Below, piece by piece: positions 51,701 to 64,000 of a DNA stretch of 64,000 bases. Below the pieces are notes generated by a model. That model did no database searches. It was not told where the DNA came from and saw only the letters and a program-made list of their open reading frames with translations. A program made the translations under genes and the position numbers. How positions within the stretch are numbered: the stretch's first letter is position 1; each line of letters begins with the position of its first letter. Source of the DNA: Kudoa neothunni (taxonomy: Eukaryota; Animalia; Cnidaria); NCBI GenBank assembly GCA_964304625.1, contig OZ199839.1, forward strand, positions 10,201,287 to 10,265,286, written 5' to 3'.

Positions 51701-54613
51701 AGTTATAATATATTTTCACTCTCTAGGAGAAACACGGAATATTGCGCGAAGAAATATCCGGAGTAAATGTTGTTATATCACAGGTAGGTTTAATTTTCCA
51801 CATTCATTAAACAAATAACACATATAATTGACATTTAGCCATCAGATGTTACTTTTTTCTTTAAAATACTGGCACTTTGTCATACGGTCTCCGTGGAGAA
51901 AAGTTACCATGGAAGAATCACCTATTTGGTACGGATTAATAGCAGCATCTCATTCCTCACTCACTCACTCACTCATTCAATACAATAATATTTTCTATTA
52001 AGGCTTCATCAACGGACGAAAAAGCTCTTGTCGAAGCAGCAAGTCGAGCTGGGGTTATTCTCATGGATGTGGAAGACGGTTACATTAGATTGAGTGTGCA
52101 TGGAGATCTGGTAAAGTAATAGTTTCAATTATTCTTTGTTGGCTGTCTGAATTGTTTTATCATATTATTATTATTATTATTATCATCATCATCATTAATT
52201 TTATCTATTAGGTACAAACTACTCCATACGCTCGAATTTGATAGTACACGAAAAAGAATGAGTGTTGTAGTTAGAACTCCAGAAAATAGAATTTTGTTGA
52301 TATGCAAAGGAGCTGAATCTAGCGTTCTTGGCAATTGTACAGTGGGAGATAGGGAAGCTACTTTGGAAATAGTTAATGATTATTCGATGGTAACAAAAGT
52401 GTGAGTTTAATGTTAACTTGGTTGATCAAAAATTTAGATGGGACACAGAACTTTGGTTATTGCATATAAATTTATCAGTGAGGACGGATACAATTCTATC
52501 TTTCAAAAGGTTGCTTTTGTTTCACCTATCCAATATATTCAATCTTAACCTCAAATTTAATACGATTCTACTTAGATTCAAGATGCAATGGTCAGTATTC
52601 AAAATCGCGAACAAAATGTATGAATAAGGCTCATTAATAGTTTAAATTTTGAGATCGAACTAGATTTTCGATGTATGTGAAGAGATCGAAACCGGACTTA
52701 CTTTATTGGGCGCCACAGCAGTAGAGGATAGGTACTATCATTCAATGTTGAATGGATAATTTTTATTTCAAATAAAAAAATGTTAATCAATTGCATCTAG
52801 GCTTCAAAAACATGTGTCATCCACATTGATGGCTTTCCGAAAAGCGGGCATCAAAGTGTGGGTACTCACGGGGGACAAACAGGAAACTGCATTAAATATC
52901 AGTCTCACCTGTGGTCACATTAGCAGTGATATGCATATCTTTTATTTGACATCAAAAGGATGTGGCGAAGAAAATGTGCTTGGTGATGTTATCGAAAACT
53001 ATCTTGAGATATTAGAAAGAGATTTCAATAGGAAAAAATTTGCGCTTATTGTTGATGGTCACGCTCTTGTGAAAGTTGTTAACAACTACCCCAAAGAATT
53101 TATGACCATATCAACCCGTTGTTCTGCGGTATTGTGTTGCCGAATGTCTCCACTACAGAAGGCCAACATTGTGAAGATGATCCGTTTTTCCAAGGACAAA
53201 CCAATCACTTTGGCAATAGGAGATGGAGCAAATGATTGCAGTATGATACAGGAAGCTCACATTGGTGTGGGTATTATAGGAAATGAGGGACGTCAAGCTG
53301 CATTGTGCAGCGATTTTTGTTTCAAAAAATTCTATTTCCTTCGCCAACTATTACTTGTACATGGCCACTATTTTTACACTCGGCTGGCGTACACTGTGAC
53401 CTATTTTTTCTATAAGAATGTTTTATTTATTATCCCCGTTGTTGTGTATATATTCCATTCGGGACTATCTCCTGTTGTAAGAATATAACTATTATTTGCA
53501 GTAAATATACTTGATTAGACTTGCTATGATTCTACCATGCTCAGTTGTTACAACCTTACATTCACATCGTTGCCTATACTGGTGTATGGGATATTTGAGA
53601 AGAGGTATGAGGTGAAAAAATTGTATGAACAACCTCTTCTCTACAAAAATCTTTTGGGAAACTCTAAACTGGGGCTGAAAACTCTTGCTCAATATTTGTT
53701 CCTAGGTATAACTAACTCTATAGAGTTTATTTAAAAATGAAAATTAAATTTATTTATTCATTTAATTGTTAGGATTTTTCCAAGGAGTCTTTTGTTTTTA
53801 TTTCATTTATATTGCCTACAACAAAGGTTCAATCAATAATGCTCAAATGGTACTGTTATTTGTTGTTGATTCGTCTTTATTGAGACTTATTGTAGAAATT
53901 CTCCCTTCCAGAATTTTATCTTTTCATTGGTCATTTGGTTGTTACAACCGCAGTGTTTCAAGTATTTTTTAGAAATTTCACCAAATCAACCATTTTTTTC
54001 TATATTTCGCCAATTCGACAATTTAATCATTTAATAAATTATATTTTATAATTTTTTAATGATAAATTTGATTTGATTTGATTTGATTTGATAAAACAAT
54101 CCAAATATTTATTATCCATTTATACGATTTATTATATAAACAATCAACCTAAAGAGCTGTTAATATATTCTAGGTTATGATTGACTCAAGAGACTGGAAC
54201 CTTCTGATGTTTGTCGCAATGTTTCTGTCCTTGTTGTGCTTTCCTGTATTTTACACCTTCACAAGTCTCATATTTTACTCAAACACGTATTTTTATGTTT
54301 TTATGAGAAAAATGAAGTAGCTGCCGTTTAGGGGCGTATTTTCAAACTTTTTTACTGACTACTATTCGCTCTACAATCTCTATGCAATACCCCAATTTTG
54401 GATCGTGCTTATATTCGTGGTTCCCTTTATGTTACTACCACCGTTGTTCTTCCAAGCTCGCGCAGAAAATAACTACATAAAAACTGTAAAAATTTATTCG
54501 ATTTCTTGCATCCTTTAAAAAATGCATTTTAGATCGACACACCCATTCAACCTGTTTTCAGTCTTGTAAGTAGTGAGTGCGATTCAGATATTAACGAATT
54601 ATCAAATTGTTAA
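45706..54613 (+). CDS. ATP11: P4-type phospholipid-transporting ATPase (flippase), ATP11-like, ~25 exons; first two exons tentative
   Basis: [20 protein letters not shown]; SPISPYTS; [11 protein letters not shown]; SLDGETNVK; ILLRGARL; [14 protein letters not shown]; [20 protein letters not shown]; [13 protein letters not shown]; [13 protein letters not shown]; [10 protein letters not shown]; [10 protein letters not shown]; [10 protein letters not shown]; [16 protein letters not shown]; YFFYKN. Confidence 0.93.
47680..48566. mobile_element. piggyBac-type MITE inside the large flippase intron
   Basis: TTAA on both sides; TIR CCCTCGAATAC / GTATTTGAGGG. Confidence 0.75.
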
Positions 54614-55143
54614 TAATAATTTTACCAATAAAAATAAAGTGTATTTTTTACAGTTCATTTAGTTGTTTATTCTTTAAACCGCCTTTTTGCTTGTTTATAC
54701 GCCAATATGATTTTATTAATATTCTAAGTATTATTAATTCATACTCCCTTTGGAGTGTAATTATAACTAGGGTACATATCAATCTTAGCTTGTTTTATTT
54801 ACAAAGGTACTTTCCATCTATTCTAAAAATTGTGGATAAAAAATTGAATGGATAGATTATTAATTATGCACTTTAATATTTTGTACGCATGTGTACACAG
54901 ACAAAATGTCAATTAAACCAGAAATGGAAAATTATATTTCCATGTGGGCAGGATTATCGTACTCTTCATAATCAGACGACTGGATTATTATAAATAAAAT
55001 GCACTAGACCAAAAAGGTCATATATATTTTTTGAAATATTTTTATATTTAAATATAAACTAAATTTTAATTTAAATTATATTTTTTGTGTACTGTAGAGG
55101 ATTTGATGGAAAATAATACAAGTAGGTTTTGGACAAGTATTAA

Positions 55144-56097
55144 CTCTCTAAGGATTTTGGGGTGTAATGAATCCCAAAAAATATTTGAACTAGTTATAAC
55201 TTTTTTTCTTACCATTTTAACACGATTAAACTCGAGCTATTCTTGTATAATAATTTGAAATTCATTTTTGTGGTTTTTGAAAATTTTTTGTTTATAAGTA
55301 CACTAAAAAATACCTTCTAACGATTTTCGGGTGTAATACACCCCAGATTTTTTTCGAATAGTAAAAGCTTTATTGCATGTGCTCTGTTTCAAAAAAGTTT
55401 AGGAGAATTGTATCGATAATATTTTTTATAATTTGATGTCTTAAGTTCACAAATTTAGTTTGTGAGTGCTCCATATTAACAATGACGAACAACTATGAGG
55501 CCTACAATAACGGAAAACAATCATTTGATAAGGAATTGAATGATTATTTTAAGATCTTATGAAAATTTGGATGAAACTTTAGAATCCCATATCATTGACG
55601 GATCATTGGATAGTAAGAACTGCATTGTGTGGAATGTAAATAAGCTTTCTGCATCGAGAATTTCGAATGAAATTATTATTAATGGTCGCCTAGAATCAAC
55701 GGCTCGCTGTTATCAGAGGGATAAATTTATTTCTAATTTTTTATTATTTTCGTTGGTAAAATATTTGTCGTGAAATAATACAGTATTCCAATTTATTTGG
55801 AAAAACGTATTATAAGGAACATTCGTCAACAAATTTTGTAATTTTCAAAGTTTCTCTTATTGAGAAAATAGTATTTATTGTGTCACTTAATTTTATTTTT
55901 TTCTGCGCCAAACAGTCCAAGGCTATCAATATCTCATCTGTCGGATTTAGGGGGATTATTTGGTAAATTATTGACATTTTGTTATAAAAATATTAGATAG
56001 AAATTGTTGTAATTTTACCAGTTTATCCATAATTATTTTATAAATAGATATATCCAAAAATCGTCGGAAAGTGTACGTTTTTCCCATCATTAGAGGG
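55144..56097. mobile_element. piggyBac-type non-autonomous element
   Basis: TTAA at 55140-55143 and 56098-56101; TIR CTCTCTAAGGAT / ATCATTAGAGGG; internal inverted GGGTGTA/TACACCC motifs. Confidence 0.7.
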
Positions 56098-57121
56098 TTA
56101 ACAAACAAATTCATTTCGGTAAAATCTCTATTAATTACAAAACATATGTTATAAACATTTCGCTTTCACGAACTCGCCGTCTCGGTAAAACTTAAAGTCG
56201 TGCGAGTAAATTACACGTTAAATAGATATTCCAATTATTAGTATAAGTATAATAAAAAGCGGGATAACATATCTCATACTTATTTTGCTTTTCTCCTTAG
56301 ATAAATTAAAAATTGGATGGCTTATTTTTCAAGGATTTTTTTAGATTATTGAATTAAATAATTTGTAATGGCGTCATTTAACTTATTAATGTTGGAATAA
56401 CCTGATTATAATAAATGCTTTTCCGAAAAAACTAAGTAGTAAAGCTTCTTTTTACGTTTTTTTGATTATTTAGCATGTGTAACAGCACAAATCACCATAA
56501 ATTCATATTATAGGTCATTCCCTCAAATTATCCAAATTTCGTGGCACAATTTAATAATTAATTGTTTCTAATTGTACGTTTGACCTATACGTCAATTAAA
56601 ATTGAAGCTAACAAATACAACAACTTGATTCATATATTCTAATAAATATTAGCCTTACCTTAAAATATGTTAGAAGGGAATTAGAAATTAAACCTATCAA
56701 AAATGGTTAATTTTTGTAAAAGGTGTGTTGTTAATTCTCAATGTTCACTTGAAATCACACGAAGGACCCTAAAACCTTGTGGTGGGCCAGACTATGCCCC
56801 CTTTGCCGTTGTAGTTCATAAATTTTGATATATTTTCTTAAAAACTAAAATAACTAAGAAATAAAACTGGCTACTATTTAAGTTAGAAGCACATTACATA
56901 ATAACATAGAATTAACAATCTTTTAAGAATTATTATTTAAGGTAAACAATGAAAATCCATGACAGTGATATACTGGAAAATTACCTAAAGTGTAACTTTG
57001 GTTTATTTTCCATGAAAAGAACATCAAAAACCACGGAAACTAGTGTATATACTTATATATAATTGAAAATAATTTGAATTTATTATTTTGATCAATTGAG
57101 TGGGAGATTTAGTTCTTTGGT

Positions 57122-60016
57122 TCATCTTTTGACTTTCGGTAAGCAATCACTCTAAAAATCATTAAATAACTACCAAGAATATAATCTTTAAACTCACATT
57201 ACTAAAACACCAACTAAAAATATCATTAAACTAGCAGATCCTATAAATATTGACACATTGGTTACTAAAAGACTGCTGGTTGGGGCGGAATTTTGCATTT
57301 TTTCAACCTTTATAATAATTATTTGAGCTAGCAATGAGATATTACGTATAGTGGTTTAGATGAATTGTATTCTTGAAGATATAATGTATTGAAAACGTTT
57401 ACGAGACATTCACAGGTTAGATTCAACGTTGTTGGGTCGTAAAAACATTTTGATAATTTAAAGTGGCTGATTTGAGATGTTAGATACATTAAGATGAATG
57501 CGGGAAAATACTTTGTTTGTATAGTATTTTTTGAAGTGTTGTACTGGATGCAATAGACGTTAAATATTTCAAAGATGGGGGCTTTTTCCTCATTCTAATA
57601 AGTGTTTAAACATAAAAAATATGATTTGAATGACCACAATAGATTGAACAATAAATGTATCAGAATCATCATTGGAAGTTTTGGATTTATTACTGTGAAT
57701 AAATTTACCAAACATAGGAGGGGAATAGAGTGACTGGTTGCTATTTGTTCATTTTATCTATTAACAGAAAATTGTACATGAATATTGATTACTTTTTTTT
57801 GGTTGGGAGGAACTTATTGTACAAAACCAAATTCCTTAGTTCCACAAACATTGAATTTTCGTCAACTAAAAAGAATGAAAACGATTTAGGGGTGATTAAT
57901 TGTTAACTTTTTGTGTCCGTAATAAAATTTCCATGTGTTAACTTTGAGAGTTCTTCCATGTCACAGTTTATTTGATAATCTATAGAGTTGATTGTTATAC
58001 AGTAGAGGTTATGAAAATTTACCAACTGATCTAAAATGATGACTTATGCAAGAATTAATTCGATAGTAGCTATTTTGTGATATGTGTATAATATTATTGA
58101 CCATATGGATGAATTCTAACTCCGACGAATTGGTTGTCTGAACAATAAATGTAGGTTATTAATTAATTTGAAATGCGTATTATACACTATAAACAGCAAT
58201 CCATTCGTTGCTATTAATGGGGTCCAACAAACTGTCACATATCTCAAATAAGATCTATATTAAATAAAAATATTTAAAGCCTGAAACTTTCTAAATACAT
58301 TCAGAAATTCAACGTCGAAATCCTTTGAATTCTGGATCAGGAAATGCGAGATATCATTCAAGTATACTAAGACAAACTTTATTTCCCCGGAATAGATCAT
58401 ACGGCGTTGCAAGGTAGAAATAAGCGACGATGATAATTGTTTGGTTGTTTGTAAGATGTATTTTGTTGACAGAACTGTCAAGTCACTTTTCTAAACAACA
58501 TTGTATAACGTAAGTAGATAAATTAATTAAAAAATCGAAAGACTACATGTATGTGTTCGTTCATATTTGTTATCAATGACGAACTACAGTTGATGAAACT
58601 GGGACGCTCCCAAACAGACTCCTCATTGCATTTTCTAGTGGTATTTCCTTAGAGAAATAATGTTGATTTTGCTATGGTCAATTATAAAAAACAATAATAC
58701 CATCAGTATCGTTTGGGCAGCTAACTTCGATAGAGTCACCTTTAAGGGTTTTCCCCCATATCACATTAAAATCATTATTTTCAGGACAATAATCTTTATA
58801 TTAATCGAAAAATACACATAAAAATGTTACATTTAAATACCATTTAATGGATAGTTTGTGGTGATAACTGTGGATGGAGGTGATTGAGTTGTAGTAGTAA
58901 TAGAAGTAGTGGGGCTTGGAGTTGTGAAAGATGTTTGGTTTATGATTTTAGTTAATTTCACGACATCTTCTTTAGATTGAGAAATCACTTTGTTCAAGTT
59001 TCTTTCATATACGTCCATTTGTTGTTTTTTGGTTGCCCACCATTCGTTAAACTCATTTAAAACCTTACGTAGTTTATCCAACTGTTGGCTCACCACACTG
59101 TTAGTAATTTCAAACAGTTTAGGAACTAAATTTTGATTGATCGTGTTCATTATCTTGGTCGAAATGATTTCCAAAGTAGTATCATTAATATAGGCCTGCG
59201 GCGCAGCTGGAATTTCCGATTTGGCTTCTTTCTCAATGCTCATTTTTTTGTATCGCCTATCCAGCAACTCCATTTGTGAGTTCATATCAACAATTCGATG
59301 GTAAAGGTCAGCAACTGAATAAGCTATTCGTTTGAGGTCTTCTTTTTGTTGATTACTTTCTTCTGAGTACATTTTTGCGTATAAAATTTTGAGGTTATCA
59401 TTAGATTTTTCTGAAGTCACGCTTGATTTCAGAAATTTGCTGCTGCTATCTTTGGATTCCTTATTGCGACTTTGTGAATATTTTGGTGATGGAATTGCAT
59501 TATTTTTGTCCTCCGATTCGGATTCAGATGTTTTGGAATCTTGATTATCGTTAGAATTGAGAATTTCACTCTCTTCGTCTTGTTGTTTTTTATGGTGCGG
59601 TGAATAAAACTTGGAAGGGAGAATTTGATTAGTGTCTTCTGATTCGCTTTCCTCGTTTGCAGGATCAACTTTTGAATGGAGGATTCTTTTGATATCGTTA
59701 GGTGGACTTTCACGAGTGGTTGCGGATTGCGACAATTTGCTTGTGGTTTCAGTGTTATCATTATCCTCATAGGCCTCACTATTTTCCGGGGATTCTTGAG
59801 GGTCACTCGAGTCGCTTTCGGGATCGCCAAACATATCATAGTCATCTAATTAAAATTACACGATTAAACGAGATTTCAGACATCTCCATTCAACGATTTT
59901 GTTACCCATTCCTCCCGCATCAATGTCGCTCTCTCTTATGTTACTTTTTTTCGCTCCATCTTCAGCCATTACATTTTCGACTTTGCTTGCTGATTTAAAT
60001 GATTCTTTCGGCGAAA
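57122..60016 (-). CDS. Adhesion-GPCR-like ectodomain protein (acidic repeats, coiled coil, Thr-rich stalk, HRM, GAIN, degenerate GPS) with a single TM; first exon not located
   Basis: The large ORF 58833-59834 splices to HRM exons DYCPENNDFNVIWGKTLKGDSIEVSCPNDTDG|NTTRKCNEESVWERPSFINCSS. GAIN-A-like helices follow (MIYSGEIKFVLVYL; ICDSLLDPINSNEW), then a GPS-like VYCIQYN..KCFYDPTTLNLTCECLVNVF, then TM LLVTNVSIFIGSASLMIFLVGVLVIVIAY-RKSKR-stop at 57122. Confidence 0.8.
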
Positions 60017-62202
60017 CTAAAAAATTGGTATTTAGATTATTTTAAATCGTAAAAAGTTTGCTAATTGACTACATCAATTATTCTAAAGTATAAATCCGAA
60101 AAAGCTAGCTTAAAGGGAGTTATTTTACATGAAATGTTTAATAATATCAAAAAATTAAATTAAATTTCACACTTATGCTAAAATTTAGGTACCTCATAAA
60201 GAAATCTTTGTATTATAAAAGAGTAAGATTTAATTAGCTATGAAAAGTCAGCGTTATTTTATAATAAGAAAAATAGATAGAAATCTCAATAATAAAAACG
60301 GATATATCGAATATTATTAGGTTAAAAAAGGAATATATTATAATTGAAGACATATAAAATTCTAATTACCACAAATAATTAAATTTTTTAAAATTATAAA
60401 TGAATTGAACAGAATTAACAAATAATACACGTAAGAATATACATTCACTAGCTGACCTCAAAGAAAAATCCCAATATTTTAATAAATACACATTCTTTCC
60501 TTAAAAAATAATAACTCTTACCACAACACGTACGACTCTTTAAAAATGAGAATATTTAAAATAAACAAATTTTTTTTATTACTCCATAAAAACGTAATGT
60601 CATGCGAATCGTTTTTATTAACATCAACTCTAACATAATAAATTGCTGTTGCAGATTACATGCGTTTAACTATGGGAAAATAATTCCCAATTGGTGGTAC
60701 AAAAATTAAACAGTAATTTTTATAATTAAACATGCGCTTTTGATTTAAATTAATTTAAGTAAAGCTGATTGTTGAGTTCTTTAATTACTTTCTTTTCGAG
60801 TATATGTAGGTGAATAATTAGCAAAGAATACAAAAAATTTCAAATAATTCTATAAAAATATTATATTTTGAAATGTAATTAAATTGGATAAATTCTAAAA
60901 TGAGCACATTAACCTTAACTAGCCCATATATTAATAAATATATATTAATGGAGGTGACCATTGACACGATCATAATATCCAGGTAGGTATAATTTTGAAC
61001 GTATTTAAAAAATAAATTTTGCCGACCAACAACTACTATAAATAGGAGTTAACGGGATTAAAAACTTCCGTGGCAATAGTCAATGTTTATATTAATTAAT
61101 TTTGTAAGAGTAGATTCCATCAACTAATTTTATACAATACAAAATCAGCTAATATTTATTAATTATATAATAATAATAATAATAATTGATAATAGACAAA
61201 TTATATTTTTAACGATATAATTTAAAAACAAATTGACATTATTAAAAAATAAATATCCACAAATTGTCTCGGGTTTATATTACATATTTAAGTTTTTGCT
61301 TATTTATATTTTGACTTTTACAGTAAACAATGAAATTTTTTAATTGCAAAAATTTCTATGAAAATAGTTCAACCACCTGTTAAAAAAATTAAAAATCCTT
61401 TGAACTCCCATATTCTTTGAAGTGAGTTTCACAATGAATTCTAGACAACAAAATAACCATGAAATAGGATAAATTAAAAATAAATCATGTATTTATTAAA
61501 ATAGTTTATTTTAATCTTTACTTCAAATTATTAGCAAGAAATATCGTCTCATTAATCTTGTTTCACTCTAATTTTTTCCAATATAATTAAATGGTACTCA
61601 TTCGCCCACATCACGCATCACGCAATAAAATAATGCGAATAATTTCAAACTGGTGTTTTTATTCGCGATAAACACGTGAAAAACGCATCCGAACAAATTA
61701 AAAATTTCCTGTTTTGAATGTTTTGAACCAACGTGGATTCTCGTTCCCTAACATCGAGAAACCTTGTTCTGTGGGTGTTCCCGCAAGCACAGATGTCATT
61801 TTTATTCCTTACACCTCCTCCTTTTTACAATCTGTACACACAGCTAATTTTTTCGGATCAACAATGTTTAATTATTTTTAACAACTCACCTCCTCCTAAA
61901 ACATTAAATTGTTTAAATAAAGTAAATCTCGACCAACTCTAATATTATAATTCTCCAAAAATAGTCACCCTCTATTCGTTCCGCAAGATACAGATACAGA
62001 CACAGCATAAACATTAGCTATTTAATTTAATACAAGAATAATCTCATTTTAAATAAAAATGATCACACTTGCTTATTAATCAAATATTTAATATTTAAGC
62101 ACGAATTTGTGTAATATAAATACCCACAAAATTATCAGTCAAAAGAAAAAAAATAGCAAAACAATCACACGAAAAACACGGCGTTAATTATAATACTCTC
62201 AG

Positions 62203-62226
62203 ATGTGTGTGTGTGTGTGTGTGTGT
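62203..62226. repeat. (TG)12 dinucleotide microsatellite
   Basis: Directly visible. Confidence 0.9.
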
Positions 62227-63902
62227 GAAGAAACCTCAACAACATCAAGTAGACAAAAACAAACACTTGATTAAACATTTTAAGCATGCGTTTGAAAAAA
62301 TAACGGGGAATAATCCTAATCCGCCAACTGACGGCGAAAATAAAGCCCACACTAGAGATGCTAATCCTATTATCAAACATTCGATAACACAACAACAAAT
62401 TGGTCGGATGTTGCCTCTGTCGATATTACACTCTCAAAGATTAGGGTGAGAGATTAACATATGTAATATAAAGTGAGGGATTATTTAATCAAATGAATTA
62501 AAGCGCCACAACAATGAGTTGTTACTTTGAATACATTGAACCGGAACACATATCAAAAAAAGGATTATCTTCAGTATAAAGCCCCATCGTAATTGCGGAT
62601 TAGTAGACCTACTGGCATCCATATTTTTTCAGTTCGAAAAGCATTTGGTGTAATTGAGGGAATGGATATTGATTTGGGAAAAGTCTAGGTTTCCAAGCAC
62701 ATAATAGGTGCGGCTATAGAGGTTGTTATGTGTGATTTACCATCGCATGCGCATATCTGATAAATCCATTGTCACCGCATTCCATCACCTAATATACCAT
62801 AGTTGAAATTGTGTGTTGTTGTGCTCACAACTAATTCAGCCTGTGTATTTTAATGGTGTTGAATCGGGGTTGTATTGAGAGTGGACTGGACGACTAATTT
62901 CCGCAATTCATCACCGAATCAATACTTCACTTTCTATTGAGATTATTTATGGCATTTTGGTGTAATGTAAATATTGGCCCAGCCTACGGGTTTGCTTATG
63001 TTGTACAATAATAACAACAATAATAATAATAATTGCTAAATGCTCAAAAGTTTTATGCGCAATACAAATGTCAAAAACCGATTACATTAATTCTCAGACA
63101 ATACTTACTAATAACTGAAATATGTTACAATTTGAAAATGTTCGATAGTGCAAACCTCAATTACCGCTATCACCCCAACCCTTATCAAATACTCTGGTAA
63201 GCTGTGTCCGCCTTATTTACAAAATCCAACTAATCCGGCTGTTAACGACTTCAACTTGCATCAAATTGAATAACAATTCCACAACTATTTCCACCCCAAA
63301 ATCAACCTACACATCAACCAAACAATTTAAACGTGCAATAATAATCAAAATTACCAATATGGCGTTTATCACGCCAACCATTGACTATTTTGAAATTTCC
63401 CAATGAATAATCCGTATTATCGCTTATCTTCGGAGAGTTACCGTACACTCGTAGGTGACAAGGAATCTATAGCTTTAGCCGTACTGGTTGTTATACAAGT
63501 AATTCTATTTTTTAAAAATGTTCATTTCAAATCACCTGTTCGTATAATTTGTTTGATGGTTGCTGGGAGGTGTGACAAGTTTGATATGTATTAGTTTGGA
63601 GGAGATTTTGGTTGATTGGTAATATAAATCTTGATTCCCATTTTTCGATTTGATGAATTATGTTTTTAATCGGGTTGTTCTAAGATTGGTTGGTTGGGTG
63701 ATTGTTATTTTTGTCGAAAAATAAACGGCTTGGTTTATATCCTCACCGACAGCAACCATTCTCACTAATCACACAAATAACTTGGTGGTCGTTGCGACTA
63801 CTAAACTCATTCAATACCAACAATGTGTTTTAGGTTCATACGAATAGTGCTAGCTAGCATTGCTATTGTGATTTGTTGTGAATCGGGTTTATTCCTGTTG
63901 TC

Positions 63903-64000
63903 ATGGAAAAAAAAGTAGAAACGCATCCCACAACTGCTACTTCATCAACTGATTCCTTTCAGCAGGCTTTAATGGCGGAGGAAAAGGATAGTGGTGAGGT
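63903..64000 (+). CDS. Possible first coding exon of an unidentified gene running off the window
   Basis: ATG opens MEKKVETHPTTATSSTDSFQQALMAEEKDSGE, ending at GAG|GT; locally raised GC. No family recognised. Confidence 0.35.
   Translation, partial: MEKKVETHPTTATSSTDSFQQALMAEEKDSGE

Noticed and set aside
59429-59998. Overlapping ORFs 59429-59845 (-) and 59702-59998 (+)
   Set aside because: Alternative-frame or antisense shadows of the low-complexity exon of the HRM-GAIN gene.

Overview
AT-rich (roughly 25-30% GC by eye) eukaryotic DNA from a compact animal genome. Most introns are 39-65 nt GT-AG, and a metazoan CREBL2-type bZIP is present. This fits a reduced parasite lineage such as a myxozoan or mesozoan, but the species cannot be fixed from the sequence. 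Manual splicing of the fragmented ORF track gives eight divergent housekeeping genes: EXOSC9/RRP45, CREBL2, TFB1M, INTS6, CDC20, cyclophilin A, LSM8 and an ATP11-type P4-ATPase. They are interspersed with decayed DNA transposons (piggyBac, hAT/Buster, Merlin). Two loci stand out. (1) A tandem pair of type I membrane genes (~850 aa for the complete copy) built from about seven 4-Cys FN3-like modules, with variable loops, a gene-conversion-like tract and juxtamembrane micro-exons; this is a candidate variant surface-antigen family. (2) An adhesion-GPCR-like HRM-GAIN gene with a degenerate GPS that ends after one transmembrane helix, with no 7TM region visible. Several single-base homopolymer frameshifts, including in essential genes, suggest consensus errors in the assembly. 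All homology calls are from motif recognition, not database searches.
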